Source: an uncultured Bacteroidales bacterium
GTDB taxonomy: Bacteria > Bacteroidota > Bacteroidia > Bacteroidales > CAYTAU01
Direction: 5' to 3'
Length of the DNA: 64,000 nucleotides
Assembly: GCA_964435855.1 (NCBI GenBank)
Contig: CAYTAU010000001.1
Span: forward strand, 6,633-70,632
Part shown: in pieces, positions 49,154 through 57,238 of the stretch
How the letters are laid out: every line of letters starts with the position of its first letter
How positions within the stretch are numbered: the stretch's first letter is position 1
The notes under the pieces: model-generated
What the model was told of the DNA's origin: nothing
The model's database searches: none
What the model saw: only the letters and a program-made list of their open reading frames with translations
Program-made: the position numbers and the translations under genes

Positions 49154-51085
49154 ATGAAAAATAATATTAAAATCGCAACAATTGCTGTAATAATAATTCA
49201 CTTATCGCTTACTTCACTTTTTTCAAAAAGCAAAATTGGTGAAGCTTACAAAGCATATCGTAATTGTTTATATACCAATGCCAATAAGCAATATCTAGAT
49301 ATATGGAACGATACCAATTCTTCGGCAGAAGATAAAGCAGATGCAGGTAAAAGGCTGGCATATTTATCATGGCATATTAAGCAAGATATTGACAAAACAA
49401 GAGAATACATTAACTTAAGTATAGAGCTAAAAACCAATGAAGTTGATTTGTTGCTTGAATTATCTAAATATGAATTAGAAGCGCAAAATTTTAAGCAAGC
49501 GCTTCAATTATGTGAAAAAGCAATAAAGTACGTTAAGAATTCATCACAGGAAATTGAGATTCGAGTTCAGGAAACTAAAATAGCTCTAACAGAATCTATT
49601 CTTCAGATAAAAAGGAAGGAAAATTTAAACTTAAATACACTAAACGATGCATTAAAGAAAATAACTGAAATCAATAAAAAAGAATCGGGCCGACTCGATG
49701 CAAATGAAATACAACTTGGATTGGCTCTTATATTAAACGATGGTAAATTAGCCTACCAGGCCTGGAAAGGATATTTTAGAATAGCACCAAATGAAAGAGC
49801 AAAAGGAATTTTATCTGAAGCTGATAAGAATTTGGAAAGTGTACTTACAAATTGGAAAGAAAATAAACTTGCATTTGATCAACGAAATAAACTAATACTT
49901 GGTTTAGCAGATTCTCGTTTTTATCATTACGCAGATATAGTGAATATGATTTTACCATCTCTTGAAAATGAAAATCCAGATGAAATTAAGGATATTCTGA
50001 ACTATTATGCATTCTGCGAATCCGTAAATACAATATCAGATGACTATCATCGAAATATTGCAATAGATAATGGTGTTAGCAGTGAAGGTAGAGAGAAATT
50101 CTATCAGGATGTAAAGGATGCAGAACTTAGCTTATGGAATAAGTTAACATGGAATGAAAAACCGCTGAAGTTTTCTGATTCAAACTTTAAAGATGAAATG
50201 TATAAGCGCTTTGGAACTATATTTAAAGATGTTAAACCTTATTATACAAGTTTAGGCAAAACAGGATTGTTCCTTTTTGCTCATACCATTAGTGACAGTC
50301 AAAAGTTGATAGAACAGTATGGTTACTCAACAACAATCCATTTTGTAAATTTAGATTTTATGTGTGCAAATTCTTATGATGGTTGGTTTTTAGGAAGTGA
50401 AACAGGTCGTTTGGGCGGTTGGAACGGAAAATCATTAATAGTACAAATGCGAAGAGCATACTCTAATGCACCGCTTTTTTACTGGAAAAAAATTACAGAT
50501 GAGGAATTAAGAAAAGAATGGGAAGAAAAAATAAAAGAACTTACTATAAAAGACGAAACCATTGCAAAAGAAAATCCTTATGCATATTTACCTGGCTTAG
50601 TTGATAGAATGCTTTATAAATCTTTAATTAAATTAAAAGATTCATTAGAGAAACAAGGCTTAAGTGGTAATGAATTAAGAATTGCATTTATTTCCGAATT
50701 TGAAACATATACCATTAATGCTTCTATTGTTGGACATGAAGGAAGGCATACAATTGATAAAAAATATCGTCTTATTTTTGAGCCATTTTGTAAAGATTTC
50801 GAATATCGTGCTAAACTTTCTGAAATATTATTTTCTAATGATCCGTTTTTTTCATTTGCATATAGTGCTGTGTACTTAAGAAATATGACATCAAAAAGTA
50901 AACACTCACAGGGGAGCAGAAAAGTGGTTATGAATCTGGTAAATTGGATGAACCAAAATAAAAATGATATTGAAGGATTTAATACAGAAAAAGCAACTCT
51001 TACTCAATTAGATTTGCTAACAAAAGCACAGTTTTTAAGCGCATTTAAAGAAATGGACCCATTGTATAAAAAACGTGGCAATTAA
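49154..51085 (+). CDS. Secreted protein with TPR-like N-terminal region and an HExxH motif (putative metallopeptidase-like)
   Basis: 643 aa with a signal-like N-terminus. VGHEGRHTID contains H-E-x-x-H. No other family signature was recognised. Confidence 0.55.
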   Translation: MKNNIKIATIAVIIIHLSLTSLFSKSKIGEAYKAYRNCLYTNANKQYLDIWNDTNSSAEDKADAGKRLAYLSWHIKQDIDKTREYINLSIELKTNEVDLLLELSKYELEAQNFKQALQLCEKAIKYVKNSSQEIEIRVQETKIALTESILQIKRKENLNLNTLNDALKKITEINKKESGRLDANEIQLGLALILNDGKLAYQAWKGYFRIAPNERAKGILSEADKNLESVLTNWKENKLAFDQRNKLILGLADSRFYHYADIVNMILPSLENENPDEIKDILNYYAFCESVNTISDDYHRNIAIDNGVSSEGREKFYQDVKDAELSLWNKLTWNEKPLKFSDSNFKDEMYKRFGTIFKDVKPYYTSLGKTGLFLFAHTISDSQKLIEQYGYSTTIHFVNLDFMCANSYDGWFLGSETGRLGGWNGKSLIVQMRRAYSNAPLFYWKKITDEELRKEWEEKIKELTIKDETIAKENPYAYLPGLVDRMLYKSLIKLKDSLEKQGLSGNELRIAFISEFETYTINASIVGHEGRHTIDKKYRLIFEPFCKDFEYRAKLSEILFSNDPFFSFAYSAVYLRNMTSKSKHSQGSRKVVMNLVNWMNQNKNDIEGFNTEKATLTQLDLLTKAQFLSAFKEMDPLYKKRGN

Positions 51086-51362
51086 CAAAATAGCATTTAT
51101 AAGAGTACTGCGTTATGTTTAGTGCAATTTATTAGTCTCGTTTTAAACAAGACTCAAGAGAACGTTTTGCAATTGTCTGTATCAATTTGTTTTTGGGGCT
51201 TTCTTAAAACTTATAAAAAATGCTCCTCTGGTGCGAGATTGCAGCTTGTATCCTTATTAGCGTGAGCGGTAAAACCACTCATGAGCTGGAGTCATTAAGG
51301 TATTGGTTTTATTTTTTATGAATAAAATATTATCTTTAAATTTTACTAAATATATTTAAGCT

Positions 51363-51623
51363 ATGAAATTTAATGTAAATAAGGTTGAAGCTGAACGCTT
51401 GAAAAACGAACTTTCTTCTCAAATAGGAAATGACTTCATCCTAAACAATGCAAATAGGAAGTATAAGCTATTAGAAGTAAAACGTCTTACAAAGCATGTA
51501 AAAGATAAAAAAACAGATAAAACCTATGAAGTAATTGTTAAATGTTATGATTATGAAACACCACAAATTCCCTTAGTGGAAAAAGCTCAAACATTTCTGA
51601 AAAACTTTTCTGAATTTAAATAA
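51363..51623 (+). CDS. Small hypothetical protein
   Basis: 86-aa ORF with protein-like K/E/N composition. No recognisable motif. Confidence 0.4.
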   Translation: MKFNVNKVEAERLKNELSSQIGNDFILNNANRKYKLLEVKRLTKHVKDKKTDKTYEVIVKCYDYETPQIPLVEKAQTFLKNFSEFK

Positions 51624-51667
51624 TCCCCAAATCCCGCAAGTTTCTGAACTTTTGGTCTTTGCTTTTT

Positions 51668-51702
51668 CCATTAACCACCAGTTGCAAACTGGCGGCAGTT
51701 GG
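51668..51702 (+). repeat. 35-nt direct repeat, copy 2
   Basis: It is identical to 48943..48977 and in the same orientation. Confidence 0.85.
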
Positions 51703-51743
51703 CGAAAAGAGGGAAGAAAAACGCTTGAGTGGAGATGAAAAAA

Positions 51744-52550
51744 TTATTTTATGGTTATTTTCAAAACTAATATATCATACTCTAGTATTACTTTTTCTCC
51801 GACATCCAGCTTAAAATGATTTTTATTAAAATCATCTAAACAAGACCTAATAGTCCTATTATTTCTTTTGCCTCTGCTATGAATATATAAAACCTGAAGC
51901 CCATAAAGTTTAGCCGATTTAATCTTATTCTTAATTATAGAAATAATTTCGCTTTTCTTTAAGTCTCGATGGATAAATAAGGTTAAGGCTTCTCTCTTTA
52001 CAATAAGGTCATAATAATATTTGAAATCATCTTCAGAAGTTTTGCCAATTGGGATTAATAACTCTTCAAAATATCCTGCTGTGCATAAATTTGCTATGTG
52101 TCCTCCTCGTTTCCCAAACCTATCACTAATATTTTTTTTATAATCATAGATATTTGTAGGATTATGATTTACCATTAAGTTTCTTAGAAAAAAGGATAAT
52201 TCTAATGCCGAATAATCATCATCATTTATCTTACCGTTAAAAAAAGATAAGTGTTTACTAAAATCATTCCCTTTGTTGAACTCATAGAGTTTTTCTAAAA
52301 TATCAAAAGAATTGTTTTCTAAGAGATAGTTGCCTTCATCAATACTCTTTGATGTAATCTCTTTAAATTGTTCTTTTTGTTTATCGTCAAATTGCTTTAA
52401 ATCTACATTTAGAACTTTATTCTTATCATCTAAAACTATTGGAGAATTATGTGAATTTTTGGTTATATTTATAGTGATAAAACTATTGTTATTGAAGCTA
52501 AACTTCCCATCAATTAACTTTGTGAGTTTATCAAAAAACCAATTATTCAT
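51744..52550 (-). CDS. Hypothetical protein, downstream partner of a tightly coupled pair
   Basis: 268 aa. Its ATG directly abuts the TAG of the upstream 74-aa ORF. RFGKRGGH fits an R-x6-H pattern. The C-terminal LYIHSRGKRNNRTIRSCLDDF resembles the IHGKG segment of Smr domains only weakly. Confidence 0.55.
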   Translation of the reverse strand: MNNWFFDKLTKLIDGKFSFNNNSFITINITKNSHNSPIVLDDKNKVLNVDLKQFDDKQKEQFKEITSKSIDEGNYLLENNSFDILEKLYEFNKGNDFSKHLSFFNGKINDDDYSALELSFFLRNLMVNHNPTNIYDYKKNISDRFGKRGGHIANLCTAGYFEELLIPIGKTSEDDFKYYYDLIVKREALTLFIHRDLKKSEIISIIKNKIKSAKLYGLQVLYIHSRGKRNNRTIRSCLDDFNKNHFKLDVGEKVILEYDILVLKITIK

Positions 52551-52775
52551 CTATATTTTACTAAGTTCCATTAAGGAGGGAAGGTCATTTTTAATAAATA
52601 CTTCAGACCCTTTTCTGATTCCAGCAAATTCCTCTATTTTAACTTCTTCACCGTCAATGTTTAACACTTTTTGGTTAGCGTTATCTTTTTCAACAATATA
52701 CCCACTGGCATCCACCGCTTTATCTAAGATGTCTAAGACTTCACTCTTAGATTTTTCATCAAATGTTATTTTCAT
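52551..52775 (-). CDS. Small hypothetical protein, upstream partner of the pair
   Basis: 74 aa, acidic and soluble-looking. There is zero spacer to the next gene. Confidence 0.5.
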   Translation of the reverse strand: MKITFDEKSKSEVLDILDKAVDASGYIVEKDNANQKVLNIDGEEVKIEEFAGIRKGSEVFIKNDLPSLMELSKI

Positions 52776-53133
52776 AATTATATTGAATGTTATTTTGAAT
52801 AGTAGTTCAAATATCGTACAATTTTACGAAAACTAAACGTATATTTTACTATTATAACAAAATTATTTTTATTTATAAATATTCTTAATAATAATATAAA
52901 TATTATTATTTTCAGCAAATATACTAAAACAAATATTAATTTACAATAATATTATACAACACTTAAAGTGCAATGCATTAGATTTAAACGTAAATAATAC
53001 TAATAAAAGTATAATATTTGGATACAAAATTAATACTTTATTTTTATGAATAAACTATTAAAAGCTATAAAAATCAAATCTGCAATATAGAAAAGAACAC
53101 AAAGAATTGCTAAATAATAATGTTATTATGCTT

Positions 53134-53343
53134 TTATCTAACTCCTGCTCTTGACTTACTTAAAACAAATGTGATTGATACCATATTGCCATCACTAAAA
53201 GGTATTGTCTCTTTGACTATGTATCCTTTTTCTAAATATTCATTTAATTCTGGGTATTCAAATGAAGAATATCCACTATTGGTTAAATTACTTTCTTTTT
53301 CAAAAAAGATATTTACATTGATTGTTATTACTTTATATGCCAT
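53134..53343 (-). CDS. Small hypothetical protein (DUF4177-like?)
   Basis: MAYKVITINV...ELNEYLEKGYIVKETIPF...ITFVLSK recalls the DUF4177 pattern. The opposite-strand 91-aa ORF at 53120..53395 looks like a low-complexity shadow. Confidence 0.35.
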   Translation of the reverse strand: MAYKVITINVNIFFEKESNLTNSGYSSFEYPELNEYLEKGYIVKETIPFSDGNMVSITFVLSKSRAGVR

Positions 53344-53570
53344 AAAAAAAGTTATTAAATTAATATTCAAATCAAAATTACTAAATAAATATTAATATAT
53401 TGCAATAAATATAGCATTAATGATTACAAGTGGTTTGAGCTTAGTTTTTGTCTGTCAATATGGCAAAAATTTGTGAAATTTTTTAATTTACTGTACTTTT
53501 GGGGATAGTTGCCTAACTTTTTTAGGTTTATCCGTTAAGCAGAGAAAGTTTTCCTAAAACTTGTATAAAA

Positions 53571-54845
53571 CTAATACAATTTATATTTCTTTATTGAGTA
53601 TTTTTTTACCATTTCCTCATTCACTATTTCTATGTCTAATATACTATCATTTGCATTTTGCAACTGGTATTCATTTCTGTAAATATTGCATAAGTCTTCA
53701 CTATTTAACTCTTTAATTAGGATATTATTGACGGAATACACAACATCACCCGGGCGAATTCCTAAATCATATGCTTTTGAATTTTTGTAAACAGATGAAA
53801 TAACAATATTGCCATTTTGAGGTACATAATTAATTCCATAGCCACTATCTTGAGTAGTTGTTTCTTTTCTTTTAATAAAACCTATTCGTTGTTTTTTGTA
53901 ATCTAATGTAATAATAAAATCCTTAAGAAACTTATTGCCAATAAATCCTGTAAATTCACGTTCTTCAGAATTTGTTATATTTATTTTAACATCAGTTTGA
54001 GCAATGTCTCCTAAAGTAAATTTCGATGCTAAAAATGATATTGATTCTTGAATGGAATCGGATTCCCCTCTTATTCTAATAGTAGGTTGTGAAATAAACT
54101 TTTTTGCTTTAATATTGCTATCATTAGCCAACTTGTAATATAATTTTTCAGAGTTTAGACTAATTCCTCCGCTGTTTCCTGTATCAAAAAATAAGCTAAT
54201 TTTAATACTGTCGTTTATTATTGCTTTAAGAATTGGAGTTTCCTGATTTATGGATGGCTCATAATTAATCCATTGAATATTGTTATAATTGGGAAGTTTA
54301 TTTATATCATCAGTAAAAATAATTTCTTTTTTTTCGTAGTCAATTTGAGAGTAAAGTGTTTGAAGTATATTATAACCTAATATTCCATAAGGAGAAACAC
54401 AGTTTAACATTCCCCATTTTGAATTTTTTGCAGAAATAGAACCAATGTTCTTAAAAGAGATTTTTTCTATTATCAAATTATGTAGCGTAATAAGTTCATT
54501 ATTGAAAGAATTTGTGGAAGCGGTACTGTCTTCTTTATAAGAGTAACTATCGTATTGCTCTTTTCCAATAATATTTAATAATGAATCTAATAAAACCGTT
54601 TGTGCACCAGTATCAAAAATAAAGGGGAATTTTTCATCACTGTCGGTTACTTTTACTTTTACCAGAATCCAATTATTAACTAAGTCAAAAGGAACAGAGG
54701 TGTAAAAATTTTTATTTTGAATTTCACAACCAACGAGTTTATTTTCCAATTGATGTTGTAAATATTTTAAACCAAAATATCCTACGCCAAAAATGATTAA
54801 CAAAATTGATGTTGTAATGATTAAAAATTTCTTTAATTTTTTCAT
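53571..54845 (-). CDS. Retropepsin-like aspartyl protease (two DTG-type lobes) with C-terminal PDZ domain
   Basis: 424 aa with an N-terminal TM/signal. FIFDTGAQTVLLD and LFFDTGNSGGISL are two Asp-Thr-Gly motifs. GIRPGDVVYSVNN is PDZ-like. Confidence 0.75.
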   Translation of the reverse strand: MKKLKKFLIITTSILLIIFGVGYFGLKYLQHQLENKLVGCEIQNKNFYTSVPFDLVNNWILVKVKVTDSDEKFPFIFDTGAQTVLLDSLLNIIGKEQYDSYSYKEDSTASTNSFNNELITLHNLIIEKISFKNIGSISAKNSKWGMLNCVSPYGILGYNILQTLYSQIDYEKKEIIFTDDINKLPNYNNIQWINYEPSINQETPILKAIINDSIKISLFFDTGNSGGISLNSEKLYYKLANDSNIKAKKFISQPTIRIRGESDSIQESISFLASKFTLGDIAQTDVKINITNSEEREFTGFIGNKFLKDFIITLDYKKQRIGFIKRKETTTQDSGYGINYVPQNGNIVISSVYKNSKAYDLGIRPGDVVYSVNNILIKELNSEDLCNIYRNEYQLQNANDSILDIEIVNEEMVKKYSIKKYKLY

Positions 54846-54923
54846 AATATCTCTTTTTACTTTTGGTTAACACACGTATATACCTATTATAGTTATTAGC
54901 TATTAATTTCTTTTTAATTCATT

Positions 54924-54949
54924 TAACAAATATAACAAAAAAGGAGAAA
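54924..54949 (-). promoter_or_regulatory. Promoter-like block tttctccttttttgttaTATTTGtta (contains TAnnTTTG)
   Basis: The - strand reading shares about 26 nt with the block at 57185..57212. The -7 box is 54927-54934, about 82 nt upstream of the protease ATG. Confidence 0.35.
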
Positions 54950-55061
54950 ACTCACAAATCCCGTCCCGAGTACTTGGGATAATATTGGAGTGAGCGGTGT
55001 AAATGATGAATTCCCTTTCAATTCATGTTGGGTTTTTTTGACGTTCTGATTATCTATTTAT

Positions 55062-55436
55062 TTAATTCTTAGTATTAGTGAATTCAGAAACTTTTGAAAG
55101 AAATAAATCTACATTTAAAGGTTTTGTCATAAAACAATTGCATCCAGCTTTTAGGCATTTTTCCTCTTGTTCGGGAAATGCATAGGCTGTTAATGCAATA
55201 ATTGGTAAATCTTTGCTAAATCCTCTTATATTTTTGGTTGCAGCTATACCATCCATTACTGGCATTCTTATATCCATCAAAACTAAATCAATAAGCTTAT
55301 TCTCTTTACAAATATTTACTGCTTCCAGCCCATTTGTTGCACGAATAATATTTATCATTGTTTTTTTCAATACTATTTTTACGAGTAAAAACATACTATC
55401 GTCGTCTTCGGCTATTAAAAGAGTAAAATTATTCAT
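55062..55436 (-). CDS. Stand-alone response regulator receiver protein
   Basis: 124 aa. It has LLIAEDDD, the phospho-acceptor motif LVLMDIRMPVMDG, and IIALTAYA. Confidence 0.9.
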   Translation of the reverse strand: MNNFTLLIAEDDDSMFLLVKIVLKKTMINIIRATNGLEAVNICKENKLIDLVLMDIRMPVMDGIAATKNIRGFSKDLPIIALTAYAFPEQEEKCLKAGCNCFMTKPLNVDLFLSKVSEFTNTKN

Positions 55437-55450
55437 AATATTGTTCCTAA

Positions 55451-57064
55451 TTATAAGGTAAATTTTAAATAAAATGTTGAACCACTTTTTAGTTTTGATT
55501 TAAGTGAGAATTTTGCTCCTAATAATCTTGCAAGTTCATTTGATATAGTTAGCCCAATTCCAATTCCTCTATATAGAATTGTTTTATCTTCATCAATTTT
55601 TCTAAATCTTTCAAATATCATTGTTTGGTTCTTTTCATCTATTCCAATTCCAGTATCTTTTATGAATAAAACCAAATCACTATTTTCTTTATAATAACCA
55701 ATTTCAATAGTCCCTTGTTTTGTAAATTTAATACTATTATCAATAAGATTAGATAAAATTTGTTTTAATCTGTATGCATCTGTATTGATATAAATTTCTT
55801 TATTTGGCAGTTTTGTAATCAGTTGGATGTTTTGTAATTCATTATTGTTGTACTTTGAATGAGATTCTTTTACAAGCTCATTAAAAAGAGCATTAATATC
55901 ACATTGCGTTTTTTTAATAATAATATTTTTTGAATAAATTTTTGAAAGTGTAATTATACTATCAATTCTACTTGTGAGTTCATATCCATGATAGTTAATT
56001 ATTTTTACAAATTCGTTTTTTGAATTTACATCTAAATCCTGATTATTCAATAATTGAGAAAATCCCATAATTGCATTCATTGGTGTTCTTATTTCATGTG
56101 ACATGTTTTCGAGGAATGCTGTTTTTAATTTATCAGACTCTTCTGCGTTAGTCTTAGCTTTTTCAAGTTCCAATGTTCTTTTTTTAACCAATCTACGTAA
56201 AATATATATAAATGAAATTGCAATTACTATCAGAAATGATAATACATATAATGACAATTTTAACCAAACAGGAAATTTCACCTTATCATAAGGTAATATC
56301 CATTTATTTAAAGCCTTATAATATAATGAAGATTTGTCTTTTTTTAATCTTACACAATTCTTATCTATTGTTGTTAAAATATCTTGGTTTTTCCCTTTTT
56401 GTGTAGCATAAAATAACTGGTATGGGCTCAATCTAATATGAGTTGGATATATTTTATATTTATTTTCGTTTAATTGCCCAATTAATCTGCTAATAACTCC
56501 TGCATCAACTTTTTCTTCGTCTATTAACTTTATTGCATCTTCAAAATTATCTACTTCTATATAATTGCAGCTTACAACATAATTCTCAAGCATTTCTGTT
56601 AGCCTGTAGAATGCAATATCCCCCCTAACATAAGCAACTTTTTTCCCTTCAAGGTCAAAAATTGTATTTAGCTTAGTTTTTTTATTTATATAAATAGTGC
56701 TCCAATTGGTCAATAAACATTCTTTATTAAAATCATATTTTTCATTCCTGATTTTTGAATAAGCAACATCTGGCATAACATCTATTTCTGACGAGTCTAT
56801 GCGGTTAATGCATTCATCCCATGTGCCATTTATATATATTAATTTCCAGTTTTCTTTGGTAGCAATATGGTTTAATATTTCTATAAAAAATCCATCTGGT
56901 TTTCCTTGCTCATTAGTGAATATCTTTGGCGGATTTTGATATACTCCTACTCGTATTGTTTTTTGTGCATGTACAAAATTGGTTATTAAAACAGAAGTGC
57001 AAACAATAAAAAATATATACAGTTTGTGTTTTACGCATAAAAAGGACTTTATACTCTTCAACAT
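55451..57064 (-). CDS. Sensor histidine kinase with periplasmic solute-binding (SBP family 3-like) sensor domain
   Basis: 537 aa. It has a signal/TM, a ~230-aa periplasmic domain, a second TM, the H-box FLENMSHEIRTPMNAIMGF, and the ATPase N/G boxes NLIDNSIKFT and DTGIGI. Confidence 0.9.
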   Translation of the reverse strand: MLKSIKSFLCVKHKLYIFFIVCTSVLITNFVHAQKTIRVGVYQNPPKIFTNEQGKPDGFFIEILNHIATKENWKLIYINGTWDECINRIDSSEIDVMPDVAYSKIRNEKYDFNKECLLTNWSTIYINKKTKLNTIFDLEGKKVAYVRGDIAFYRLTEMLENYVVSCNYIEVDNFEDAIKLIDEEKVDAGVISRLIGQLNENKYKIYPTHIRLSPYQLFYATQKGKNQDILTTIDKNCVRLKKDKSSLYYKALNKWILPYDKVKFPVWLKLSLYVLSFLIVIAISFIYILRRLVKKRTLELEKAKTNAEESDKLKTAFLENMSHEIRTPMNAIMGFSQLLNNQDLDVNSKNEFVKIINYHGYELTSRIDSIITLSKIYSKNIIIKKTQCDINALFNELVKESHSKYNNNELQNIQLITKLPNKEIYINTDAYRLKQILSNLIDNSIKFTKQGTIEIGYYKENSDLVLFIKDTGIGIDEKNQTMIFERFRKIDEDKTILYRGIGIGLTISNELARLLGAKFSLKSKLKSGSTFYLKFTL

Positions 57065-57184
57065 ATTAATTATCAGTTTTATTCGCTATTATTTTTTCTT
57101 AACATATTTCTTTTAATCTACAATGTTTGTTTTTAGTATGGTTGCCAACTCTGCAATAAGTAAAAGCATGCAAAAACTTAGTAA

Positions 57185-57212
57185 TAACAAAAGTAACAAA
57201 AAAAAGGAGAAA
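57185..57212 (-). promoter_or_regulatory. Promoter-like block tttctccttttttttgttaCTTTTGtta (contains TAnnTTTG)
   Basis: It is a paralogous block to 54924..54949. The -7 box is 57188-57195, about 124 nt upstream of the kinase ATG. Confidence 0.35.
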
Positions 57213-57238
57213 TTCTGTTATTCGTGACACGTGCTTTC

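Noticed and set aside
51086-51362. Relatively GC-richer 277-nt spacer after the 643-aa gene, as a possible ncRNA (tRNA, tmRNA, SRP or 6S)
   Set aside because: I could not fold a cloverleaf or recognise any conserved ncRNA motif by eye. Only a small hairpin (agtct-N11-agact at 51134..51154) is present. Not reported as a feature. A cmsearch against Rfam would settle it.
48943-51702. Integron gene cassette with attC sites
   Set aside because: The repeat is about 35-40 nt, shorter than known attC sites. Its ends (cattaac / gttggtg, gttggcg) do not fit RYYYAAC / GTTRRRY. No intI gene or attI is present.
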